Numbered from the stretch's first letter, positions 48,251 to 57,216 are shown. The stretch is DNA of 64,000 bases from an uncultured Lachnospiraceae bacterium (GCA_949740535.1 CATJHO010000098.1:2570-66569), one strand, 5' to 3'. Notes: a model not told the origin generated them from the letters alone. A program made the numbers and translations.

Positions 48251-49966
48251 TTATCTATTATGGGCCATCTCTCGTTCCGTCTGCCTTGTACAGTCTTTCC
48301 ATTCGTTCCAGTCCGGTACAAAGCTTCCCTGTGCAAACTCCAGAAGCCAGGCAGCCGCCTGCCTGTGGGTACATTGATTCTTAAAGAAGCGCAGCTTTGC
48401 TCCGTCTGGCTTTGTAACCGTCACCGTACAGCGGCCGTCCATCTTGTTTCCGCCGTTTATCCGCATCAGCAGATAGCCGCCTGGCAGAACCAGCTCCACC
48501 ATCTGATAGCTTCCGTCCACCAGTCCCTCTGCGGCCACTTCCACATCCTCTGTGTAAAACCGCTCGTGGCTCTGAAATACCCCGGAAGGAGACATCAGAG
48601 CCAGATGAGGAGGCGGAACCTCTCTTCGTTTCTCCTGCTGCTCCTTCTTCTCCCACAGAGGCACTGCTTCCCAGTCTGTCATGTCGGGAATCTCACCCCG
48701 GATCCATCCCCTCAGAATCTCCTCAGCTGTCCGGATATCCGTCTGGAACACACGGCCGGAATAAAGATTCTTTCCGGCTTCTCCCACAGCTGTCATTTTC
48801 AAAAACAGCTCTGCCTCCCCAAGCTCCATCATATCCTCCAGGGTTGGATTCTCTATATCCTCTATCTCTTCATAGAAGGCTGCAAAGCACTCCATCTCCA
48901 CATAGCGGACATTATACTGCTCTATGGGACATCCAAGAGCCAGAGAAAAAGTTCCCTCTCCATCCTGAAGGCATTCTATCATAGATTGGTGAATCAAATC
49001 CGGCGTCACACGGGAGGTCACGCTTCCATCCGGGCGGGTCAGGGTTACATTCTGCCGGATACCGGCATCTGTACTGCCAAGCTGGAAGGCTGCCATCTCC
49101 CGGTTCCCCTGTTTTACCCGGAATTCCCGAAGCAGATTCTCCCACTCCATATCAGACTTCCCCTGCCACCTTCCAAACTCTTTATAAGGCCTTAACAGGG
49201 CATCCGGCGCCCGGAGAGAGACACAGTTCACAGCGGCCTTCAGTTCTTGGGGATTGCGGAAATCCAGAATATGATGCTGCTTCCGATCATCCAGTATATG
49301 AAGCTCCAGAATCCTTGTGGAATTCACTCTGTCCCCGCTTCTGCGTGTCCTGATCTCATCTCTTCCAAAAAAGATCCGGATACGTGGTATGTAAACTGCC
49401 ACATCCCCCAGAATCCATTCCTTTCCCACGGAAACCTTGTCAAACCACTGGCCGTTCTCCTGAATATCCCGGTCCACCATAGCAAACAGCTCCGCCACAT
49501 CCGGAGCGCTGTCCGGATAGAGAAGCTGAGATCGGATGGAGCGGGCAAGCGTGCTTTTCTCCGGCCAGAATGTGTCTCTTATCGCTGTATATGCCGTATA
49601 AATCCCCAGCAGAAGAAGAGCCGGCCCCGAAACGCCTCCTGCAATCAGCTTTACATATTCCATCGTCTCCCAGGCGGTCCGGTCCTCCTGAAACATTATC
49701 CAGGCATACACGCACGCACAGAATCCAAAAAACAGCACAACCGCCGCAATCCCCAGATAAGACAGCCTCTTTCTGGTCTTCTCCAGACAATAACCGCCCG
49801 CAGGCATTCCCGGATTCCGGCTCCTCTGCCATGCTCCAAGCGCTGTAACTATGAGAAAACTCCAAAGATACCCGATAAAGTATCCGGCTCCCACGACGAA
49901 TACAATGGAAAGAATGAGATTCCACGGCCAGGGAATGCCGCTAAAGCCCTGATTCTTCTTTTCCAA
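48251..49966 (-). CDS. hypothetical membrane protein (N-terminal TM helices, duplicated C-terminal domain)
   Basis: 571-aa ORF, TTG start with GAGGAGG RBS, hydrophobic N-terminus. Confidence 0.75.
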   Translation of the reverse strand: MEKKNQGFSGIPWPWNLILSIVFVVGAGYFIGYLWSFLIVTALGAWQRSRNPGMPAGGYCLEKTRKRLSYLGIAAVVLFFGFCACVYAWIMFQEDRTAWETMEYVKLIAGGVSGPALLLLGIYTAYTAIRDTFWPEKSTLARSIRSQLLYPDSAPDVAELFAMVDRDIQENGQWFDKVSVGKEWILGDVAVYIPRIRIFFGRDEIRTRRSGDRVNSTRILELHILDDRKQHHILDFRNPQELKAAVNCVSLRAPDALLRPYKEFGRWQGKSDMEWENLLREFRVKQGNREMAAFQLGSTDAGIRQNVTLTRPDGSVTSRVTPDLIHQSMIECLQDGEGTFSLALGCPIEQYNVRYVEMECFAAFYEEIEDIENPTLEDMMELGEAELFLKMTAVGEAGKNLYSGRVFQTDIRTAEEILRGWIRGEIPDMTDWEAVPLWEKKEQQEKRREVPPPHLALMSPSGVFQSHERFYTEDVEVAAEGLVDGSYQMVELVLPGGYLLMRINGGNKMDGRCTVTVTKPDGAKLRFFKNQCTHRQAAAWLLEFAQGSFVPDWNEWKDCTRQTEREMAHNR

Positions 49967-49982
49967 GCCTATCCCTCCTCAT

Positions 49983-50085
49983 ATTCCAGTTCTGCAGTCC
50001 CCTTCTGCACATCCCTATACAGAAGAATTTACGGCTGCAAGCCCATGTGTCCGTAAATCCTTCTAGCTGCATCGGGGACTGCTGT
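49983..50085 (-). repeat. dispersed ~104-bp hairpin element, diverged copy
   Basis: Shares ATTCCAGTTC.GCAG, AGAAG.ATTT, GTC.GTAAATCCTTCT and GGGGACTGCTGT with the copies at 54305 and 54416. Confidence 0.8.
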
Positions 50086-50115
50086 CTGACATCTATATGT
50101 ATATTATCGTCCCTA

Positions 50116-50144
50116 ATTGTATCACATACGAAAATAATTGACAA
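50116..50144 (-). promoter_or_regulatory. sigma70 promoter of the hypothetical-Sel1-MBOAT operon
   Basis: TTGTCA-N17-TACAAT with extended TG. Confidence 0.7.
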
Positions 50145-50147
50145 TAA

Positions 50148-50185
50148 ATCCATTCCTTAAGTAATTATTAACATCCATTCCTTAA
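50148..50185. promoter_or_regulatory. 13-bp direct repeat upstream of the -35 box, candidate activator site
   Basis: ATCCATTCCTTAA at 50148 and 50173 (25-bp period). Confidence 0.55.
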
Positions 50186-50213
50186 TAATGATTCTATAGA
50201 ATGCCTATTCTTG

Positions 50214-50256
50214 AAAAAGACCATGGCAGAATCTAAAAACACATGGATTCTGTCAC
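50214..50256 (-). terminator. intrinsic terminator ending the glycosyltransferase operon
   Basis: TGGCAGAATC...GATTCTGTCA stem, T-tract on minus strand. Confidence 0.55.
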
Positions 50257-50289
50257 AGCCTTGTAAATAAAATAATTATATTCTGTAAA

Positions 50290-51165
50290 TCAATTCTTTT
50301 CTATTTCCCGGCAGATTCCCGCCCCGGTATCCAGCAGCAACACCAGCAAAATCACTGCATAGAGCGCCATGGGAAGCTTGGTCTCTCCGTTGAGCCCATT
50401 GGCATAGGCGCTGTAAGAGACAATCAGATGAAGCATCGGCACATAGAACTTCTTTGGCCAGCGCATACAGTACACAAGGGCTGCCACATCCGCCGTCAAT
50501 CCTGCCCAGGCCGGCATGGACGGTGCCAGATAGGGAATCAGGATCGCCAGAAACACAAACAGCTGAAGCGCCAGATCCTTTGTGATAACTGTTTTCCTTT
50601 TCACCAGAATGTAAACCATCGTAAACAGAACTCCCAGAAGGCAGAGAAAGGACACCTGATTGTACAGCTCCACAAACATCTTTTTTCCGATAATCTCATA
50701 GAGATTGGGCCAGCCCAGATTCAGGACTTCCCTGCTTAGCTCCAGGCGCGCAGCCCCTAAGACTGCACCTGCAGCCATTCCAATGATTCCCCGCCATTTC
50801 TCCCCTCTCTCCAAGCAGTACAGACCCAGGAAGATGAAAAACACATAATAGCTGCTGTTTTCCCCCATGAGCGCGCTGTTGGCAGCCATGGTGGGATAAA
50901 TCATAAGTACCCCATAGGATAAAAGAGTCCGGTTCCGGCTTCCCGTATAATCATATACCAATGCGCTGCAGACAGCCGCAGTAAACACATCCATCATCAC
51001 GCCAATCAGCTTCTGACTGGTTATGCCTGTATATTCAATCACAGCCAGACGCAGCATCGCTCCGGTTCCGGTAATGCAGACTGCCAGAAGGGCATCCAGA
51101 AAGGAAAACTCCAGATTTTTAATTTTCCATTTTTTTACAATCAGATTTCTAAGCCATTCATCCAT
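50290..51165 (-). CDS. membrane protein, shortened paralog of the adjacent GT-C enzyme
   Basis: Aligns by eye with 51158..52360 (WPNLYEIIG vs WANIYQIIG; ILIPYLAP vs ILTPYFLP). Confidence 0.7.
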   Translation of the reverse strand: MDEWLRNLIVKKWKIKNLEFSFLDALLAVCITGTGAMLRLAVIEYTGITSQKLIGVMMDVFTAAVCSALVYDYTGSRNRTLLSYGVLMIYPTMAANSALMGENSSYYVFFIFLGLYCLERGEKWRGIIGMAAGAVLGAARLELSREVLNLGWPNLYEIIGKKMFVELYNQVSFLCLLGVLFTMVYILVKRKTVITKDLALQLFVFLAILIPYLAPSMPAWAGLTADVAALVYCMRWPKKFYVPMLHLIVSYSAYANGLNGETKLPMALYAVILLVLLLDTGAGICREIEKN

Positions 51166-52360
51166 GCTCTTTGCTCCCCCCTTTCTCCGGAGGAATCTGG
51201 TTTGCCGGATCTGCCATATACCGCCACATATCCAGCCCTGCGATCACCAGAAGCCCAAGCTCCGCCAAAGCCCACACTCCATAGAAAATACTTGGTTCCG
51301 CCCAGCCCAAATGGCTCAGATAAGCCATATAGCAGGTAAAAGACATCAGAATCTGTATCACGGGCACAAAAAACCGTTTTCCGTTCATCATGGCATAAAT
51401 GACTGCCAGAATATCCGCCAGACATCCATACCGCTCGTGCATATGAGGCAGGAAATAGGGTGTGAGAATGGCAAAAAACAGCGCCATCTGCACAATAAAT
51501 CCATTGGTGATTCGATACCGTTTCTGAGCCATGGCAAACAGAATGCACATGAGAATCCCCAGAATTAGCCAGGTTCCGGCCTCGGCATACTCCAGAAGAA
51601 AATACTCATTTCCAATAATCTGGTAAATATTCGCCCATTTAATCGACAAGGACCACACGTCCTGGGCCCCTTGAGCCATATAAATATTAATCAGATCCAT
51701 GAGAGGACGTCCGGCAGCCCAGGCCGGAATAATGCTCAGAAAATACAGCCCCGGAATCCACAGGAAATGCTGGATCTTCACTTTCTTATTCACCCACAGA
51801 ATTACCAGAAAGGGGAAAATAAACAGCGATTGAAGCTTAAAGGCAAAGGCCAGTCCATAAAAAAACATGGCCCGATTAGGCCTCTCCTGAAAGAGATAGT
51901 AAAAGCAGAGCATCACAAAAAGCATAAATATAATATCACACTGAGCCCAGAGGGCGCTGTCTGCCCAGATCGTGGGAATAATCAGCATCAGACCGTAGGT
52001 ACAGAAGCTCTTTATCTTATCTCCCGTAGTCTCGAATACAATCCTGCCCATCACGGCTGCCGCCACAAAATCCAATGTCATATGGATGGCCTTGTACCCT
52101 GTCATGGGATTGACGGGAAGCCTGCTGATCACCCACAGAATATAGACAAAGGAGGGCGCGTAGTCATAACGGTCTGTGGCCAGATAGGAAAAACCCATCT
52201 CCTTCAGATCCGAGATCCAGGGATCCCAGTACATCTCCCAGTCCACGGTTGTCACCACCCGCAGAATTCCCCGGACAGCCAGACCGATCACCGTCATCAC
52301 AAGCAGATACAGAATATCCGCCCGGTCCCATTGGTATTTATCCAAAAGCTTTTTCATCAC
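51158..52360 (-). CDS. GT-C membrane glycosyltransferase (GT87/mannosyltransferase-like)
   Basis: D in first outer loop, DY.P, SALWAQCD, AFAFKLQ, FLPHMHERY. Confidence 0.8.
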   Translation of the reverse strand: MMKKLLDKYQWDRADILYLLVMTVIGLAVRGILRVVTTVDWEMYWDPWISDLKEMGFSYLATDRYDYAPSFVYILWVISRLPVNPMTGYKAIHMTLDFVAAAVMGRIVFETTGDKIKSFCTYGLMLIIPTIWADSALWAQCDIIFMLFVMLCFYYLFQERPNRAMFFYGLAFAFKLQSLFIFPFLVILWVNKKVKIQHFLWIPGLYFLSIIPAWAAGRPLMDLINIYMAQGAQDVWSLSIKWANIYQIIGNEYFLLEYAEAGTWLILGILMCILFAMAQKRYRITNGFIVQMALFFAILTPYFLPHMHERYGCLADILAVIYAMMNGKRFFVPVIQILMSFTCYMAYLSHLGWAEPSIFYGVWALAELGLLVIAGLDMWRYMADPANQIPPEKGGSKEHG

Positions 52361-52398
52361 ATGCTCCTATTTTTCCGGTTCGGCCTTATTATATAAAC

Positions 52399-53355
52399 TT
52401 ATTCCGCATCCAGAACTTTTTCAATAATATATTTCGGCCGTTCCTTGGTCTCCAAATAAATCTTCCCGATATACTCACCCACTACGCCGATAGCCAGCAG
52501 CTGCAGTCCGCCGATCGCCCAGATGGACACAATCATACTGGTCCACCCATGCACAGTCCTGCCTGCGAAATGAACCACCAGAGAATACACCAGCATCAGC
52601 AGGCTGGCCGCAAAGATCAGAAAACCGCAGGTGGTAATCATCCGGATGGGTTTGATACTAAAGGAGGTAATTCCATCCGTGGCAAAGGAAAGCATTTTCT
52701 TCAAAGGATATTTGGATTCTCCGGCAAAACGCTCATGCCGTTCGTAGGCTGCCACATCTGAAGAAAATCCAATCAGAGGCACAATTCCCCGCAGAAACAG
52801 ATTGACTTCTTTAAATTCCGCCAGAGCCTCCAATGCCCGCCTGCTCATCAGCCGGTAGTCCGCATGGTTGTATACAATATCTACCCCCATCGCCTGCATT
52901 ATTTTATAGAATCCCTGCGCTGTAAATTTCTTAAAAAACGTGTCTGTCTTTCTTGCACTGCGCACCCCGTAAACGATATCATTTCCTGCATAATACTTTT
53001 CCACCATTTCATCAATAATGTCAATATCATCCTGCAGATCCGCATCCAGCGAAATCGTCATGTCCGCTTTCTCCCTGGCTGTCATCAAGCCCGCCAGCAG
53101 GGCGTTCTGGTGGCCTTTATTCCGAGAAAGCTTCACCCCGGAATAGATCGGATTGGAGGCATGGAATTCCTCTATCATTTCCCATGTCCGATCCCTGGAG
53201 CCATCGTTCACAAACATAATCCTGCTCTCTCTGGAAATCAGATTCCGTTCAAACATGGAATTCATCTTTTCCAGAAGCCTGGCCGCCGTCTCCGGCAGTA
53301 CTGCCTCTTCGTTATAGCAGGGAATCACCAGATATAAAATATCAGTTCCTGTCAT
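52399..53355 (-). CDS. GT2 polyprenyl-phosphate glycosyltransferase (GtrB-like)
   Basis: VIPCYNEE, NDGSRD, LSRNKGHQNALLAG, DADLQD, GEYIGKIY.E.K.RP. Confidence 0.92.
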   Translation of the reverse strand: MTGTDILYLVIPCYNEEAVLPETAARLLEKMNSMFERNLISRESRIMFVNDGSRDRTWEMIEEFHASNPIYSGVKLSRNKGHQNALLAGLMTAREKADMTISLDADLQDDIDIIDEMVEKYYAGNDIVYGVRSARKTDTFFKKFTAQGFYKIMQAMGVDIVYNHADYRLMSRRALEALAEFKEVNLFLRGIVPLIGFSSDVAAYERHERFAGESKYPLKKMLSFATDGITSFSIKPIRMITTCGFLIFAASLLMLVYSLVVHFAGRTVHGWTSMIVSIWAIGGLQLLAIGVVGEYIGKIYLETKERPKYIIEKVLDAE

Positions 53356-53429
53356 GGAATGCTTCTCCTTCTTGTATTACAGCCCTAAACGTCTCCTTGC
53401 CTCTCCTGTCTTTACTCTCCAGATAAATG

Positions 53430-54293
53430 CTAGGAAAGCAGCTCCTTCATATATACTTCAATGGCATCCTGCCAGCTGGCAAAGGTGAAATCCGTCGTCA
53501 GCTTCAGCATATAGTTCTCCAGAATGGAGTAGGCCGGCCGATCGGCAGAAGCCGGGAAACGGCGCTTATACTCCTGGGACGTAATGGGTTCAATGGTTGT
53601 CCTTTTTCCTGCCAGACGTAAAACCGTTGCTGCGAATTCTGCCCAGTTGGTATCCCCCTCACAGGTTCCATGGAACAAACCGTAATTGTCCGTGGGCAGC
53701 AGATACTTCACGGCCCTGGCCAGCTCTCTGGCGCTGGTAGGCGTTCCCACCTGATCCATTACCACGCCTATGGTGTCGTTGGTCTCTGAGAGCTTCAGCA
53801 TGGTCTTTGCAAAATTATGTCCGTCTCCGTACAGCCAGGCAGTCCGGATAATGAAAAACCGATCTGCAAAATCCCGGACAAAATTCTCTCCTGCCAGCTT
53901 AGTTGCCCCGTACATACTCTTGGGCGCGGTTGTGTCAAATTCCGTCAAGGGCTTTTCACACACATCTCCCGGAAATACATAATCGGTAGAAATATGCATC
54001 AGTTTTGCTTTCACATCTGTAGCTGCAACAGCCAGATTCCTGGCGCCGACCGCATTGATTTTATAAGCCAGGTCTACATCTGTCTCACATTTATCCACAT
54101 TGGTGTAGGCAGCGCAGTTGATAATGGCGCAGGGCTTCACCTCTCTGACAAACGCCAGCACATCCTCCACCTTTGTGATATCCAGCTCGCCGACATCCGT
54201 ATTTACAAGCTCGTACTCTGTGCTTCCCGCATACTGTTCGTTGACCGCCCGGCCCAACTGGCCGTTGCAGCCTGTTACCATAATCTTTTTCAT
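53430..54293 (-). CDS. rfbD: dTDP-4-dehydrorhamnose reductase
   Basis: VTG.NGQLG, NCAAYTNVD, HISTDYVF, YGATK, DQVGTPT. Confidence 0.95.
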   Translation of the reverse strand: MKKIMVTGCNGQLGRAVNEQYAGSTEYELVNTDVGELDITKVEDVLAFVREVKPCAIINCAAYTNVDKCETDVDLAYKINAVGARNLAVAATDVKAKLMHISTDYVFPGDVCEKPLTEFDTTAPKSMYGATKLAGENFVRDFADRFFIIRTAWLYGDGHNFAKTMLKLSETNDTIGVVMDQVGTPTSARELARAVKYLLPTDNYGLFHGTCEGDTNWAEFAATVLRLAGKRTTIEPITSQEYKRRFPASADRPAYSILENYMLKLTTDFTFASWQDAIEVYMKELLS

Positions 54294-54304
54294 ATTTATC
54301 TCCT

Positions 54305-54520
54305 ATTCCAGTTCCGCAGCACCCTGCGCCTGCCCTTGATGGAGAAGCATTTCCACCCGTTAATTACCGTCTGTAAATCCTTCTGGGGCATGCTCCGGGG
54401 ACTGCTGTTTAAATAATTCCAGTTCCGCAGCACCCTGCGCCTGCCCCTGATGGAGAAGCATTTCCAGCCGTTAATTACCGTCTGTAAATCCTTCTGGGGC
54501 ATGGCTCTGGGGACTGCTGT
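54305..54520 (-). repeat. tandem pair of the ~104-bp hairpin element (111-bp period)
   Basis: Copies at 54305-54408 and 54416-54520 differ by about 3 substitutions and 1 indel. Confidence 0.92.
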
Positions 54521-54527
54521 TTAAGCG

Positions 54528-54908
54528 CTACTCCCGTTCCGCAGTCTCTGACACTGCCTCATCCTTCTGCTCGTCCCGGCGCTCTTTTTCTTCCAGCGCC
54601 AGCTCTTGTGTCAAGTCTTTTACTTTATTTTCCAGTGTGGACAGCTCAATCGTCATAAAGAACAGTTTTACCATCAACACAAAAATAAACAGAAGAAAGA
54701 TAAAGTTTACCGGCAGCTGCATTCCAATCATCCGGGTAAACAGGGATACCAGCCAGGGAAATACGCTGAATACAATCAACACACCGGAAAACAAAATCCA
54801 GAAAATCGCATACTCGATCTGCAGCTTCGACTGACGGATCCGTTTCAGGATATAGCAGGTGGTAAACAGCGACACCACAATCAACAGAATTCGAAATATC
54901 AGCGTCAT
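54528..54908 (-). CDS. DUF2304 small membrane protein (GacJ-like)
   Basis: YAIFWI...FP......GM..P.N.IF...L.QELA pattern; coupled to the upstream GT2. Confidence 0.88.
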   Translation of the reverse strand: MTLIFRILLIVVSLFTTCYILKRIRQSKLQIEYAIFWILFSGVLIVFSVFPWLVSLFTRMIGMQLPVNFIFLLFIFVLMVKLFFMTIELSTLENKVKDLTQELALEEKERRDEQKDEAVSETAERE

Positions 54909-55606
54909 CGGACTTTCACCTCCCTGCGTTTTCGGAAGTTCTGAATAAACAGAATGGACAGCAGCATCCGCAGCATATACATAACAGAGCGGGAAAGGTT
55001 CAGATAGCTCTCTCCTGCGATCCGCTCATCCATCTCCACCTGAACCTCAGCGATGGTTGCACCCTGCTTCAGCAGATAAGAAATGGTATCCGGTTCCGGC
55101 CCGTAATTCAGATTCAGAGCGAACTCAGCAATCATTTTCTTATTGAAAATACGCATACCGGAAGTAGGATCCTTTACCTTTCTGCCGGTAGTCATCCATG
55201 TGGCCAGGGAAATCAGATTACTCCCCAGCATCCGCAGGGAATGCGGTTTCTTCTTTGTCACGAACCGGGAACCGATGACAATATCATAGCCCTCCTGTAT
55301 CTTCTCCAGCATGGGCCCGATAAACTCCGGACGGTGCTGCCCGTCCGCGTCAAACTGAATAGCATAGTCATAACCCCGCCGGTAAGCGTATTTGAGCCCT
55401 GTCTGAAAGGCTCCCGCAAGCCCTAAGTTGACCGGCAGATCAATCAGCTCAAAACCCATCCTCCGGCACAGTCCGGCCGTATTGTCCGCGGATCCGTCAT
55501 TGATGATCACATAATCACAGTCTGCACAGTGCTCCTTTAAGCTCTCTATCACCCGCACAATATTTTCTTCTTCGTTATATGCCGGAATAATCACCAGACA
55601 TTTCAT
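54905..55606 (-). CDS. GT2 polyprenyl-phosphate sugar synthase (DPM1/GacI-like)
   Basis: IIPAYNEE, NLGL.GA.QTG, QFDADGQH, IGSRF, DPTSG.R. Confidence 0.9.
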   Translation of the reverse strand: MKCLVIIPAYNEEENIVRVIESLKEHCADCDYVIINDGSADNTAGLCRRMGFELIDLPVNLGLAGAFQTGLKYAYRRGYDYAIQFDADGQHRPEFIGPMLEKIQEGYDIVIGSRFVTKKKPHSLRMLGSNLISLATWMTTGRKVKDPTSGMRIFNKKMIAEFALNLNYGPEPDTISYLLKQGATIAEVQVEMDERIAGESYLNLSRSVMYMLRMLLSILFIQNFRKRREVKVR

Positions 55607-57216
55607 CCGCCTTCTCCCTCTTGTGCTGCTTCTTCGTGCTCCCCGTCCGTATTGGTCTCATCCCCGGTCTCCTCTTCAGGAACGATTTTTACCATATAAT
55701 CTTTATCATAATAGGCACACATAGCCTGATTCCGGCTCTCCTCCGGATCCGGCGTCAGGGTTCCAAAATACAGAAGCTCCGGACGATACGTAACCTCCTG
55801 CACCTCTACCCTCCGAAGACTGGGATCATGATACATGGCCTCCCGCTCCTTAATCTCCTTATGGTACACCTGGGCTTCCCCGTAAACCATAGACTTTAAC
55901 GCTGTGGCCGAGGTTATCTCCTCCAGATCCCGCACCACATTGATCTTCAGGAATCCCAGAACCACACAGAGAATCCCCAAAACACCCAGCAGCATGGGCG
56001 CCGCATTCCGGACAAGCGCCTGCATCTGCTCTTCACAAGCCTCATACTTACGCCTCAGCCAGCCCGCATAGTAGACGGCATTCGCCGTATAGAAGAGAAT
56101 CACGCCGTAATAAAGGATATTGTAGTAACGGCCTCCGGAAATAAACCGCACTGCATAGATGGCCGGCACCCACATGACTACCACCATGCTGTAGCTCACC
56201 AGCGTAAACATCAAAGGACACCGGAAGGAAAACTTTGTATTCTTAAGCTTGTACAGCATATAAACAAAGAGACCGATCATCACCAGCGCAATCACCACAT
56301 TGGTACACTCAAAGAGATAGTCCAGAGACTTGGTATATGACTTATAAACAGCCTCCAGAGGCGTGCGGGGATCGAAATTCGACTGACGCTTTCGATTGCC
56401 CGGCGCCGCCACATTCAGGATAAATCCCGCAAAAAACACGATATTCAGCGCCGTTATCTGAATCTTTATTCTCTTATCATACTGCTTTGCAATCAGCACA
56501 TCCAGAAGATTCAGCGCCAGCACTACAGCTGTCAGCAGTAATACAGGATACATGCCGCCGGACAGCAGGAACGCCATAGCTGTCATTCCCGCCATACGTT
56601 TTGCAGAAATATGCTTTTCATACCTGCTCAAAAATACTTTAGCAAAGAGCACAAGCATCACGCCGAAAAGCCCGGTGTAGCCCACGCTTCCAATCCACCA
56701 GTAAAAAGCCTCCAGTCCCACTGGCACATACTGTATGCAGAGTATCAGAACGACTGCTGCCACGCCCATTGCGATGTGCCTGGACAGACCCAGCATCCGA
56801 TGAAGAATGATCCTGGAAAAATAAACAATCCCTGTAATCAACAGCGCCAGCAGAATAAAGGTATGGGTAAACGTCAGCTTCTCCGTAAAAATCGAAGGGC
56901 GCAGAGCTCCGATAAAGGCAAAGGTAAAGGTCCCCTGCCAGCCATGCCACAGATTCACGGAACGCTGGACTGCCGCCTGAAGCACCGGAATCACACAGCC
57001 CAGCCCTTTGTTGTTCACGAAGGCCTGATGCGTCAGAATTCCGTAATTAAAGTCATCCATAACCGGATGGTTAAAGAAACTGAGCGCCAATATAGGCAGC
57101 AGGCTGATTCCAAGGCAGGCCCAGAGAAAGCGCTCCTGGTTCTTCTCCTCCTTTATCCAGCCCCAAAACCTCTTCCAAAATTCATTTGTAATCTGATAGA
57201 TTAGTTCCAATTCCAA
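55603..57216 (-). CDS. polytopic membrane protein, putative GT-C glycosyltransferase (DUF6056-like)
   Basis: HPVMDDFNY first-loop DD, W.GWQG, FYW..G..GY, APGN..R. Confidence 0.7.
   Translation of the reverse strand: MELELIYQITNEFWKRFWGWIKEEKNQERFLWACLGISLLPILALSFFNHPVMDDFNYGILTHQAFVNNKGLGCVIPVLQAAVQRSVNLWHGWQGTFTFAFIGALRPSIFTEKLTFTHTFILLALLITGIVYFSRIILHRMLGLSRHIAMGVAAVVLILCIQYVPVGLEAFYWWIGSVGYTGLFGVMLVLFAKVFLSRYEKHISAKRMAGMTAMAFLLSGGMYPVLLLTAVVLALNLLDVLIAKQYDKRIKIQITALNIVFFAGFILNVAAPGNRKRQSNFDPRTPLEAVYKSYTKSLDYLFECTNVVIALVMIGLFVYMLYKLKNTKFSFRCPLMFTLVSYSMVVVMWVPAIYAVRFISGGRYYNILYYGVILFYTANAVYYAGWLRRKYEACEEQMQALVRNAAPMLLGVLGILCVVLGFLKINVVRDLEEITSATALKSMVYGEAQVYHKEIKEREAMYHDPSLRRVEVQEVTYRPELLYFGTLTPDPEESRNQAMCAYYDKDYMVKIVPEEETGDETNTDGEHEEAAQEGEGG

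Noticed and set aside
49941-50153. 70-aa ORF over the promoter and hairpin element
   Set aside because: Starts upstream of the predicted promoter, lacks an RBS and overlaps the next gene
54296-54502. 68-aa ORF made of two near-identical halves
   Set aside because: By-product of the 111-bp tandem repeat; no RBS, and the third copy does not keep this reading
54303-54544. Possible CRISPR array (three similar 17-bp motifs at regular spacing)
   Set aside because: The intervening sequences are near-identical and ~94 bp long; no cas genes
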